A stretch of 63,183 nt of DNA, filler included, from Perkinsus olseni (GCA_013115125.1; 39 parts of 39 records of this genome joined end to end with filler, not necessarily neighbours in it), one strand, 5' to 3'. Shown: positions 12,255-24,126, numbered from the whole stretch's first letter. Numbers and translations: made by a program. Notes: generated by a model not told the origin, from the letters alone.

Positions 12255-12698
12255 ATGTTGTTCATTCGCACTGCAGTGATGGTGCTGCTCTTCATCCTGA
12301 CCCTCGTGGGTGGTATTGCTTCCGGTAGTGCCGACACCCCGCAGAAGGACCCCTCTTCTACTGGAAGAAGACTCTACCCATTCAAGGCAGGCTACGAAAA
12401 CATCCGTAGTACTCTGGTTGAAGACATATATTTTGACAAGACCTTGGGTGGCACTGTTACCTTCTACCGCGCATCAACCCGCAGCCTGCCCAAGCCATCT
12501 TACTCGTGTGGTTACACTGCGAAGCAGGGTGGAAGGTTGATTGAGATTAAACTCAACGACGGTTGTCTACCTCTCATCCGTGATTCTCGTGGCAGATATG
12601 ATAGAACCCTCCTCACTGGCATGCGGGTCAAGTTGGATTACAGTGAGCTGACCGTTCCCGAAACCGGCGGGAAGGTCGGAACTTATCATGAGATTTGA
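12255..12698 (+). CDS. Small secreted hypothetical protein (147 aa), intronless
   Basis: Signal-peptide-like MLFIRTAVMVLLFILTLVGGIASG; two Cys; clean ORF with coding-like codon usage. Confidence 0.8.
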   Translation: MLFIRTAVMVLLFILTLVGGIASGSADTPQKDPSSTGRRLYPFKAGYENIRSTLVEDIYFDKTLGGTVTFYRASTRSLPKPSYSCGYTAKQGGRLIEIKLNDGCLPLIRDSRGRYDRTLLTGMRVKLDYSELTVPETGGKVGTYHEI

Positions 12699-13219
12699 TA
12701 ATGTCATTGCAGATGAATCATCTGAGATAATACGATAAAGGGCTTCACTTGAGCAACTCGAGCCGTCACGGCTCAGCTGCTGCTACGAAGAATCTTACTT
12801 TCTTCCAGCTGCCGTAGCTACCACCAAACTCTGCCCGAGTCGTATTTTTATCCATTATTCTCTAGCCTAGAGGTTACCTAGAGACTCTAGGTAACCTCCC
12901 CATTATTTTCTTTTCGAAAATACCCGGCGAGTGTCGCGTAAGTCTTCCCTTCATTCTTCCTTCCCCTGCAACACGAACCTTCACAAGTCTACTACCGACC
13001 TCCACCGGACGGGTTCTCGCTGGGGTTTTGACAAAACCGTTTTGTAATGTTATGACTCGTGCGAGCGTCCCGTACTAGCGCAACACCGACGTGCCGCCAG
13101 TCAATGATATCAGTATGCANNNNNNNNNNNNNNNNNNNNNNNNNNNNNNNNNNNNNNNNNNNNTTAATTAATTAANNNNNNNNNNNNNNNNNNNNNNNNN
13201 NNNNNNNNNNNNNNNNNNN

Positions 13220-13945
13220 CATCTGACGAGCCAGCACACTCGACCGACCGCGAAAGTTCTTGTCTACCCGTAGACACACCAGATCACCCGACATCATACA
13301 TATCTTAGCCAAGTAGCATAGATACTCGGCGGTGTTCGCTCCTCGCTGAGCGGATCAAGCCACTTCTACCGCCACCAACCAACCGCATAGAGCAAAGGTG
13401 AGCTCACTGAAAGAGCGCGGCTCTCTCGAACCTGGTCTTATCTTGACCTGAACCGATTCTCCGTCGAGGCGCTCTCTAGTCTCCGTGGACTCCTGGGTCT
13501 CGGCCTGATCACAGGGGATACGCAGGGAACGGTACACGCCCGGATCCAACAGTATAGCCGCCAACATAGGCGAGTCGACCAAGAGGTTATTGGTCAGGCT
13601 CCCACCAAACCTGGCTGCCGATCTCGTTAGGAACTCGGTCCTGACCTTAGCTGGGGGAACGCGCTTGCCCGAGGCAGAGTCGGCGACTGTCCGGAGCTCC
13701 CCCTTCACACGCATCAGAGCGACCTCACGGGCCACCCTCTGGTCCTCTGTCGCCTCCGCATCAACTGGCGAGAAACGGGTGTTGAAAGCCGTCAGGGGCG
13801 TATCGTTGGATAGCAGGCCCTCCAGATAGGTCACGCGGTTAATCTCCATACCATGAAGTGTTTCCACCGCTCTCGTAGCCAATTCCACCGTGCAGTCGGC
13901 GCTAGCTAGCTCCTTGAAGGCTTCAGGGGACAAGGGGCCGGCCAT
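13220..13945 (-). mobile_element. DIRS/Ngaro-like ORF1 with an internal TGA at 13357-13355
   Basis: Frame stays open past the stop as SAQRGANTAEYLCYLAKICMMSGDLVCLRVDKNFRG, which aligns by eye with GYGFRVAQVASLYGWEMALEVDEAFRR at 31167-31682. Confidence 0.55.
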
Positions 13946-14371
13946 CTTAGCAGGGAAACGAACTGGAATAGAGAGTGGAGGCCGTCAAGAGCCAAGGGTA
14001 AGACACATTAGATCCTGCGAGATCGAGTCTCTTTCCACTCTCCGACTCGGGCCGCCACGTAGCGCAGCCCGGCTTCAGCTCTTAGCTGCTCCGGCTACTT
14101 AGCCGGGCGCAGTGGACACCCAGAGTACTCACCCCAAAGCTGGATCCATTCTTCCGTTCACTACAAACTTTCGCGGCAGACTCGAGCGGGCCACGAAGAT
14201 GCTTGGACTACTCCGGCCCCTCCGCTGTCCTCCAGGTTGTCTCATCATCTTGCAGGACCGCTGCCCACTCGCAGCACATCATACGCAACTAGTCAACCTC
14301 GACACAAGAATGGGCATGACATTCGATTTGGGGGTGGATCCGCCCTCATAGGCGCTTTCCGAGGGTCCTTA

Positions 14372-14737
14372 ACACACTTAACTCCAATACTCACTCCGCT
14401 CGAGGACTGGATCTGCGCTCGAAGACGCGTTCCAAGACCTCCTGAGCACACTTAACTCAAATACACACTCCGCTCGAGGACTGGATCTGCGCTCGAAGAC
14501 GCGTTCCAAGACCTCCTGAGCACACTTAACTCAAATACACGCTCCGCTCGAGGACTGGATCTGCGCTCGAAGACGCGTTCCAAGAACTCACGAGCACACT
14601 CAACTCAAATACACGCGCCGCTCGAGGACTGGATCTGCGCTCGAAGACGCGTTCCAAGAACTCATGAGCACACTCAACTCAAATCCACACTCCGCTCGAG
14701 GACTGGGTCCGCGCTCGAAGACGCGTTCCCAGACCTC
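14372..14737. repeat. Tandem repeat, about 5 x 74 bp
   Basis: CGAGGACTGG(A/G)TC recurs at 14401, 14475, 14549, 14623 and 14697; whole units near-identical, no unique spacers. Confidence 0.97.
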
Positions 14738-15239
14738 TGCCATCGAACCCTCGGCCCTNNNNNNNNNNNNNNNNNNNNNNNNNNNNNNNNNNNNNNNNNN
14801 NNTTAATTAATTAANNNNNNNNNNNNNNNNNNNNNNNNNNNNNNNNNNNNNNNNNNNNCATATGAGACGTTAAATGCACCAATAATCAACAAAGCCTTTG
14901 TAACACCAGTGTTTCTTCACCGTTGTTAGCAGTAAATGTTACAAAACTTTTAAGAGGGCACTGTCCTCCTATTATCATGCAAGTTACAGAGCTGCTCAGT
15001 CCGGCGTTAAACTTAGAGTGGGAAATACGATGATCGACCCCTGTGCACAGTCATCAGGTACAGGAGAGTCGCAACAGCACAACACTTGCCGCGAACGCTG
15101 CGCAACAGCCCCAACTCGAAATTTGATGCGATACGACAAATTTTGAACTCAGTTGAATTTCAGTTGCAAATCCCGCTCCGTCGTACACTGGAAGCCTCGC
15201 CCGCCGCAGCCATTGGACTTGATCAACACAAGAGTTCAA

Positions 15240-15261
15240 CTTGAGCCACGATGGCTACGGG
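15240..15261 (-). other. Genomic spliced-leader relic
   Basis: CCCGTAGCCATCGTGGCTCAAG, 20/22 to the SL; followed by TTGAAC, not GT. Confidence 0.8.
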
Positions 15262-16082
15262 ACTGCTCCTGTCTCTACTTCCGGCTATCGACCTGACTAC
15301 TCGTTAAGTCAAAATGCGCTCGCCCGGGGGATCGATTACACCAACACGATCCACCCTAAATTCGGCGAACTCTACTCGTCCCGCCCTGTCGATGATAGCT
15401 GTGGGTATTGAACTACGAGGCTATAGCGCAAAGCAAGTAAGTCCCATACCAAACAAAAACCCTACAGAGATCATCGGTTGGGCTAGTTTGCCGGAAGTCA
15501 TACCAGACTGGTATTACCAGTGGCGGCCCGCCACTGGCGGGCTGGCCGTTCGCATCTCGCGTGACATGCCTTCCACGATGCACCGTCGGGTGGTTGGCAA
15601 CCACTGGTTGCTGGAACCGCCGCCACCGGACGAGTGCCAACTACAAGATAGGTGGGCACTCGTTGCATGCGACGGGGACACAGGCTTAAAGTCTGTGCCC
15701 ACCGAGATCTCAGTGGAGTCCACTGAGTGGACGGCCACTTGCTGCGTCCGCATACACAGGCCCTTGTTACACGGCCGCTTGCCACACCTAGTTCATCGGA
15801 CTACAGTAAGAGAGGCCGCTTGCCACACCTAGTTCGCCGGTGCTGACATGCAGAAAGTGCGTTGCGGCTCTCATCAATGTACTAATCTCTATACGGGTGT
15901 ACTAAAGTGAAGTCGGTTTTCTGAGACAAAGGTACAAAGGCAAAGGCGAGTACAACTAGCGGCGGGGTTCGGTGCCCTTGCTAGTGGCGCGCAGCAAGCG
16001 CTGACGAAGACACCACAGGCTGTGGTTTCTTTGTAATGATCTCTTCGCTGCGGGGGCTATGGATCACATGACAGTTGTCATC

Positions 16083-16325
16083 ACTCAACTCAACTCAACT
16101 CAACGCTTATTGCCGGGCATTACAGGTCAGGGGCCGATCGTCCTTAAACACACAATGGCCGACTCAAAAGTGAAACTAAGCTGGCCCAGCCACGGCATCC
16201 CCCGACAATGATAGGTACAGCACAAATGAGCAAAGTATGTTAATAGGGATTCGTACTGATGCATGCGCGGCAGCACCGGACCTACAGAGGCAACGTGGTC
16301 AGAGGAGGATGGGGATACTATCCCG

Positions 16326-16326
<1 letters not shown>
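16083..16326 (-). mobile_element. Probable non-LTR retroelement 3' end
   Basis: Minus strand ends AATAAGCG followed by (TTGAG)4, a short-tandem-repeat tail. Confidence 0.35.

Positions 16327-16394
<68 letters not shown>
16327..16394 (+). other. 68-nt poly-G at contig end, probable sequencing artefact
   Basis: Pure G run abutting a linker, typical of two-colour Illumina no-signal tails. Confidence 0.8.
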
Positions 16395-16494
16395 NNNNNN
16401 NNNNNNNNNNNNNNNNNNNNNNNNNNNNNNNNNNNNNNTTAATTAATTAANNNNNNNNNNNNNNNNNNNNNNNNNNNNNNNNNNNNNNNNNNNN

Positions 16495-18030
16495 CCAGCG
16501 AGGCACTATGGGCATGCGATGTGCGCTGTGAAGGGCCACGATCCAAATCCCCCCATGTGAGATTCGTCGGCAGTGTTGGAGTACACCCACTTACTTCTAG
16601 ATCTATTCCGGCCAAGGAGCTGGATAGTCTCTATAGAGCAGTGGAGCTAATTAAGAAGGTCATGCTGGACTGCCCGAAGGTCGAGAAGGTGACATTCTTC
16701 ACCGATTCGGAGATAACTATCCATCGATTGAGAGCCTGGTCCTCTGGAAAGTATCAGAGACTCGGCCTAGGTACCTTTGAGAAGAATCTTCTGCACAAAA
16801 TCAACGGGTTCTTGACGAGAAGAAGATTCACTGTGGAGCATATCATAGGTAGAGCGAATCCAGCTGATGCTGCGACACGCCCTGGCAAGGAGACGCTGAC
16901 TAGCAAAGAGATAGACTATGGCCTCAAGAAGTCCAAGAGAAGAGGGAATCTACGGTATGATCCTCAAGCTTATAAGTCGGTAGTCAACGCCTTCTCCGTA
17001 GCGACGGAACGAACGAGAGATGGAGAAGATTATGAGTTGGTGTTGCCCGGAGACTCTCAGCTTCGGTCGAAGTTAGTTCAATCTCAACTACGAGATCAAT
17101 GGATCCAAGGTATGAAGATTAAGATCAAGGAGGGTGCGACTTTGAAAAGTCCTCAGACGAGAGGCCTTCAAGTACATGAAGGAACCGGTTTGCTTGGTAA
17201 AAGAACGCTTTCTTGGAACGCCGCTGATGGTAAAAGGACGGTTGACTTAGGAGGACTTCGATATATTATTCCTGACGCAGATACCTTGCTTCAGGATGAG
17301 ACTATAGCTCGACTCCATATACACGGTGGCGTGCCGATGAACATCAGGAGACTATGCTCTGAGTTCTACTTTAAGCATATGAAGGCCAAATGCAAAAAGT
17401 ATGTTAACAACTGTGATGTGTGCGAGAAGCTGCGTGCAGACCGATCCTGTCGGAAGGCAACAGGTGCACTCCCTTCGTGGCAAGTGGGGTGGCTACCATG
17501 GGAATGTATATCGTTGGACTATGTAGGACCTTTGTGCCCTGGTGCTGAACTACCGGTGCAAAAAGATGAGCATCCTTCGGGGTTTAGGTACTATTTGAGC
17601 TTCGTCGATGTAGCGACGAAGTATATGATCAACGTCCCAGTAAGGGATCGTTCTGTATCCTCTCTCATCGCTACAGTGAAGGAGGTGTTCTTGGAAAGAG
17701 AGCAAGTACCGAAGTGCTTGATCACCGACCAAGAGCAATCCTTTCTAAGTAAGGCCTTCCAGAGTTTTCTGCTCTCATTACCATTCACCATTCACCATGT
17801 CATTGGAGCACCCTATCAGGGCCCTCACGCAGGTCACTATGAACGACTTCATGCTGACATTACGAAGTTCCTACAAGGAGCGTTAGTTGCCGCGGGTGAG
17901 GACACTTATTGTTGGCATCGTCATCTTCAACATGCCACTCAGCTCCATAACACCCTCCCCTATGATGAATGTATTGATGTCTCTCCTGCAGAGCTATTCC
18001 GGGGATATGTGCCCAGAAAAGCTATGGACA
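16495..18030 (+). mobile_element. Bel/Pao-like LTR pol fragment: RNase H and integrase
   Basis: SIPAKEL, FFTDSEI, NPADAATR (RNase H); HIHGG...CDVC zinc-binding motif; DDE triad in SLDYVGP, ITDQ, HYERLH. Confidence 0.92.
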
Positions 18031-19765
18031 NNNNNNNNNNNNNNNNNNNNNNNNNNNNNNNNNNNNNNNNNNNNTTAATTAATTAANNNNNNNNNNNNNN
18101 NNNNNNNNNNNNNNNNNNNNNNNNNNNNNNCAGTTTCAGTCTGAAACTCGCATATTAGAAATGGGTGGTACTCACAGCTGGTCACCACGACCAGAGACCC
18201 TCCGCTTCTAATAGGGTTACAGTATACCGGAATTCCTCGATCTCCGGGATTCGCGCATCCCTCTAACTTAGTGACCTAGTATTACTCGAATGCTGCTGTC
18301 ACCAGCATGATACCGGCAGCATCTCAACTGCATCGCCGAAAAGACGGCGTCGGGCCGAGATATCAGGGGGCCTTGCGGGAAATTGTGCTGACCCGCTCTT
18401 GTTGTCTCCCCACTGTCCCTCTGCGGCTTCGGAAGACGAGCTTGAACTCGACCAAAGGCGCGAATTCTAAGTCTTAAACAGGCTCCCACACGAGCCCTAT
18501 GTGGAATCTTCCTGCTCTGAAACAGAGGCTCGTGTGCGAGTAGATGTACGAGATGCTTGATGTTGATCATTTTCATCGCCACCCTGTGCTGGAGACAGCT
18601 CATGCGCGTGAGGGGGACAGCTGGACGAGATGTGGCAGTTTGAGTGGCAACGCTTACAATTAATGTGGTCTCCGACCGTAAATAACGAACCGTTATGTAT
18701 GGGCTTTGGGGCGAGCCCTTGAATGCAGTGCTTCTGCTATTGTTCCTTAGTGCCCGTGACTGAAATGCATGCCCGCTCTCATACGTACGACTGTATGTTG
18801 TATGAACCTCGTAGCCATTATCGAAGGGACGAACCGCATTTCATTGTTAACTGTAGAGGTATCGCCCTCAGAGCCTCGCTCTGTTTAATAGAGTCTGACG
18901 CGTCGCTCACTAAGTTCCGATATCATGAATCGTGCTATCAATGGCAAGTCCATGATGGAATTCTTTCCAGTCGATTCCACTCGGGCCTAGGGCTGATACT
19001 GCTTTGCAGCCCATAGTTTGCACAGAGAGTCTCCTGGCCATGCCGAGGCGGCATTACCAACTTTCCCAATGCAGCCGAGTTCAATTTAGATAACTGCCGG
19101 GTTCCGACTGAAGGTTGAAATCAAAAGACCAAATAATGGTTGTAGGGCTTTTGGCTGCAGTTGTGCCGCACAACTTGCGCGAACCGATTCTGGATTCAAG
19201 CGGTCTACCGCCGAAGAGCACCACCTGCCTATCCCAACCTTCAAGGGTACGTGTCAACGCGTTTAGCGTCCACTGGTACTGAGCACTGCCCAGTGTACAC
19301 GCCGAACACTTGACGGCGTCGATGACCGTACAACCGTCGACGACCCCGAATATGAATAGCCGGGGCCTTCAATGCACGAATAATCTCGAAGCCTAATTCT
19401 CCAAGTCTCGAGCCACGCTCAAGCGTCCATTACAACCTTGATTATGTGAACCGTCGTGAGCTCAAGTTCTTCAATATGTATACCACACTTGTGTGATAAG
19501 AGTGCGAGGGCTGTGATATCTTCCTCTCACATGCACGTACTACTAGTACGAATTTCTCGTCGGCCGGGATCGACGGAGCTTTGACTCCCGCATTAGCTAG
19601 GAGGATAGTTCTTTGTCTTGCTGTTACCATATCTTATTCAGACTATCACCCAAAGTTAACGCGTCNNNNNNNNNNNNNNNNNNNNNNNNNNNNNNNNNNN
19701 NNNNNNNNNTTAATTAATTAANNNNNNNNNNNNNNNNNNNNNNNNNNNNNNNNNNNNNNNNNNNN

Positions 19766-19839
19766 TCGAAGATGTATGAGTATTGGAGACATGAGTCGAA
19801 AATGTACGACTATTTGGTGTACGAAACGTGAACATCCCC
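19766..19839 (-). repeat. TCGTACAC-family repeat end, copy 2
   Basis: Minus strand GGGGATGTTCACGTTTCGTACACCAAATAGTCGTACATTTTCGACTCATGTC; contig breaks inside it. Confidence 0.75.
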
Positions 19840-20938
19840 TTCGATTAGCCTCTTGACCAGTAAGATAGTGACTATCGACCAACGCTCTTGCCGCACGAGT
19901 TGAAGCCGGATAAACTCCGCATAGCCATAGCAAGTACGCAACTGAGTCCCGCGAACGATGGGTGGACCAGTATTTCGCTGGAGAGGAGTCTGGGACTCCT
20001 CTCCAGCGAAATACTGGGGGACTCCGAGTCCCCCAGTAGAGACTCATCGACGCGGCTATGAGCACCTGGAAGACGGCTCTACATGAACGAAGAAGAAAAG
20101 CAGTGATACCGTGGTGCTCAAGTTGAGCCGCGGAACTACTTTAAAGTGAAGTTGAACAGCTCAACTTCACGCACACATCACGAGCGAAGGACTGCGAGAC
20201 TTGCAGTGTGTTGCCACGACACAACACTGTCGGCTGTCGCTCGCTACGATTGATGTTATACGCATCAATGAGCTGTTGATCAGTGATTGAGATGAGTTAA
20301 GCTTGATATTACCCTCTCTAACACCTGTCTATTCATTGTGTTCACCGAATTATACAGTGCAAGCTACTGTGGAGTACCCCATGCTGCTGCGTAGGTGATG
20401 CACTGGCGACGAGTGCGGTATGGCCCACATGGCGCGGGATAGCTGAGGTATTAGTACCTCAGCATCACCGAATCATACCATCATCAGCAGTGCCGGAAGT
20501 CGCTACGGACTAGCCATCCGAAGGAGGTCCGATATCCGGGTGGGCCATCATGTAGACGATACACCGAGTGATTGAGAACACTTGACCAGAGGTTTGCCAT
20601 CTGGGAAACCATTTGTCATCTACTGACTCAGTGTCAGCACCGAGTTAGATTATCTCCAACATAGCTTCTTATCGAAGCAAAATAGGATCAGCGGAATAAC
20701 CGTTGCAAGAGAGTCAAGAGGCCAAGTGAAGAGGCCTTGGGCGCACTCAGTGCGCACATAGGCTACTCAACGTGGTGACGAGAAATAAAAACTTGTTTCC
20801 AATGCTGGAAAAGAAGCTGAGTCAGCAGAGCTGATCTAATGGGAAGCACGGGGACAACTAAACAGGAAAGTTATCCATGAGTGAGCTGGCAGTATACATC
20901 TGCGCACAAGACGCTAATGTAATCAGCTCGTTGCCACC

Positions 20939-21298
20939 CTACCGCCGGGCTTGAACGACACGCTCTGAATATAAGAGAAGTCGTTTCCTTCTGAGTGCCA
21001 CAGGAACCCCACCAAGCTGTGAGTAGATTGTGCTCGGGGTCGCAAACATCACTGTAGAGAGATCATGAAGTCCGTGGGTCGCCAGAGGACAATTTTCCCT
21101 CACCCATTTATGTAGATCATCCAGAGAGCCTCTCCTAGTTGACTGTATTTCATAGTAGACGAAGCCAGACTCCGTCTCCTGGCGGGAAAGCTGCAAGTCA
21201 ATCAAAAAGGGTTTCTTGTTGCACAATGCAAATCCTGCTCCGATGCACACGACCCACCCTAAACTCGTCGAACTCGACTCGTCCCGCCCTGCCGATGA
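20939..21298 (-). CDS. 3' part of a hypothetical multigene-family protein
   Basis: Open frame ...VRENCPLATHGLHDLSTVMFATPSTIYSQLGGVPVALRR; 21251-21298 is similar to about 15348-15395; a frame change near 21250 implies an intron or frameshift. Confidence 0.5.
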   Translation of the reverse strand, partial: SSAGRDESSSTSLGWVVCIGAGFALCNKKPFLIDLQLSRQETESGFVYYEIQSTRRGSLDDLHKWVRENCPLATHGLHDLSTVMFATPSTIYSQLGGVPVALRRKRLLLYSERVVQARR

Positions 21299-21398
21299 NN
21301 NNNNNNNNNNNNNNNNNNNNNNNNNNNNNNNNNNNNNNNNNNTTAATTAATTAANNNNNNNNNNNNNNNNNNNNNNNNNNNNNNNNNNNNNNNNNNNN

Positions 21399-22300
21399 AA
21401 ACCTATAATTTTATTGACGTCCTTACCAACAAATATTTTGGAAAAAGACAAGGGAAACGACAGGGTAGTGAGGAACAGACAGAGCGCCGCGCTCAAAAAC
21501 GCCAGGGAAGAACGCAAACAGATGAGCGATACATCATCTACATACAGTATTACTACCCTGCGATAGGCCTTGGTCAACCAATTGAAAATGCGAACCAAGG
21601 CGCCAGCGACTCGTCCCCACCAAAGTGGGGACGATCGCAGCCCAAAAGGATATCTGAGATGACGGGCTGCGACCAACTTATCATCCGGTGAGAGCAGCTG
21701 TATAGAGAGATACTTAGACTCGCTCCTATCCACCGGCAGGTTCCTGAACGCCCCAGCAAAATCGAGCTGACAGACTGCCCAGTCCTCACCGAGCTCCTGC
21801 ATTCGACCCGCCACGGCTTCCATAACCATCCGATAGTCCTTCAGCTGCGGAAGGAGCGTAGTTTCATGTAGAAGCGACCTATCCACCGCGCAACGGTTCA
21901 CACCGTTTTCTTTGTAGTCTTCTACGACTCTGATTTGCACAGCCGGGTCGGACAGCCGCACAGACTTCTTGCGAGCGTCGGTACCTCCTTTGCATATAAC
22001 TGCACACTTGACGAAGACCGCATCCGGCGACGACGGCGACACCCATTCCATATGGCCCTTGTCAACGTCACGAGCCACAACCTCCCACAGGCGGAGGCCG
22101 GCCTCGTCCACACTCGGGTAATGGCTCTCAAAGGCAGCCGCCATAGACGGCGGTTCTTCCCGACGGATCTTAGTATAGTTAGGCTTGAATACAGGATAGC
22201 AACCAGAAGGAGGAATGTCATTCTCGATGCCCGCAGGAAGACCCCGAGGGACTAGCAAACATTGAGGGAGAGTCTGATCGACGTCCCCCGAGCATCTCAG
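21399..22300 (-). mobile_element. DIRS/Ngaro-like reverse transcriptase fragment
   Basis: GLPAGIENDIPPSG, QLDFAGAFRNLPV, YPFGLRSSPLWW, LYVDDV; open throughout. Confidence 0.88.
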
Positions 22301-22930
22301 CAGGGTTTGTCCATTTTGGGAATAATGGCACCTTGTTCCCAGAACGGGAAATTTCCCGGAAATTCCCGGGAAAAATAGTGGGAAATTTCCCATTTTTTCC
22401 CGCATTGGGAAAAAAGGGAAAAAATGTTTTTCCCTCTACCGAGGGAAGCTGCTGGCTTATATTTGATGCATTTGCACGAACTGCTCACCAAGCCTACTTG
22501 TCCCAGTGTGGTGGATTTTGCATTAAATCGAGCAGCTCGATCACCTTCGCATAGTTTCGGTGCAAGGCTTCAGAAGATGCCCCACTCGCGACCCACCGAG
22601 TGTCGGAACCCAGCAATATCTGCGTCCCCTTGTAGAACCGATGTGGGTAGCCAGAGTTGGTGAATCTTCTTGCGAGATCACATAACAGAACAAGGCCGTT
22701 GAATTCTCCTCTCCTCGTTATCTCCCCAGTAGCTTCTCTGCGGGTCACGCCGCACAGCTCACGTGCCATGATCCCATTCATATGCAAGTGACAGCCGATA
22801 CTCAGCGCCCGGGGGAGAGGTTCGTTTTCAGCAGCTGCCGAGTTCAAAGAAGCACATAATGTAGCCCTAGCCAGGGCAACATTTGCAGCATTATCCGTAA
22901 GGATAGAACCGATCCGGTCCATGGGAATGC
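22301..22930 (-). mobile_element. hAT transposon 3' end with internally deleted transposase, inserted in the RT ORF
   Basis: Terminus CAGGGTTTG at 22301; GGGAA/TTCCC subterminal repeats; transposase motifs LTDNAANV, CHLH (CxxH) and DTRW at 22494-22930. Confidence 0.85.
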
Positions 22931-24126
22931 NNNNNNNNNNNNNNNNNNNNNNNNNNNNNNNNNNNNNNNNNNNNTTAATTAATTAANNNNNNNNNNNNNN
23001 NNNNNNNNNNNNNNNNNNNNNNNNNNNNNNCGATCACTTCTTGCATCATATCACTCCAGCCAACTTCCCCAATCTCCACGCACCTTCACTCGCGCACTTT
23101 CACCTCAGTGCTATCTATCTGTCTACAATTCCCCGGGAGTTTCCCACGGACGATATATTTACTCGCTCACTTTCACGATGAACCGTACAGAGATAGCAAT
23201 TCAGCGTCAGCGATTTCCAGAGCTGGCACGCGCAAAAAGAGAAGACGCTGACCTTTCGAATGCTTCACCGTTTCGAACTCAGCATCTTTTTTCAACCGAG
23301 CATTCGGTACCGAAGAGGTTCCAGTCAGTCGAGCTCCATCTTTCACCTCACCCGATCGTCCAGCAATCGGAACGGATAGCATTGCTAGGTCAAGATGCTA
23401 GGTCATCAAGGATTTGCGCTGCTCGGTCCCTCCATGTGGAGCTCTGGCGGGGCTCACCAATGCTCCGCACATCACCGACTCCGTGCAATGTGCGACTCCG
23501 TGACTCCAACGCCATCACATCCTAGACTCTGGCAATGGTTTGAGGCTTACGATCAGTGATCGTCAATCATCTCTCCAATCGCTACATTGAGGGAGCTGTA
23601 CCGCTCAAAATTGTGTTCCGGTTGATCAGATAGGTCACCGGTCAACGCAGGCTTCAACTCGCAAAAAGATACCAAACCAAGAAGTGGTTTGCATCCGTAT
23701 AAACGATCGTATCAAGTGTACGAGACCTCGCCTGACCAAGGCCAGGGAGAGGACTAGATCGCCTAGTACACAAGAGCAGATCCACAAGAAGACAACAACA
23801 ATCTGCGATAGATGAAAGTGTTTCGATGGAGTGAAACGGACTACTCAAATCGAGCTTCCCGAACAACCCAGTACATCTTTATGATACCAACCGTAGGATT
23901 TTTGTTGCGCTGGCTGGGTGTTGTCTAAGGTCTATCCGTGTTTCACCACCTGGAGGCCCAGGATTGATAAAAGAGTTAGGTAACAAAGCGACATCCGCTT
24001 CCGCCTCACAGCATTCATTACCCTCAAATCCAGTGATATGATAGAGCTTCTCCAGTTCGGAGTCAAGATCTTTTTTAGGCTTTCCCTTATCATTTATGGA
24101 GCTTGTCGATGATGAAAGATTTTGGC

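Noticed and set aside
14372-14737. CRISPR array
   Set aside because: Whole units repeat with no unique spacers, there are no cas genes, and the source is eukaryotic.
16237-16450. Poly-glycine ORFs or G-quadruplex
   Set aside because: Derived from a terminal poly-G run that is probably a sequencing artefact.
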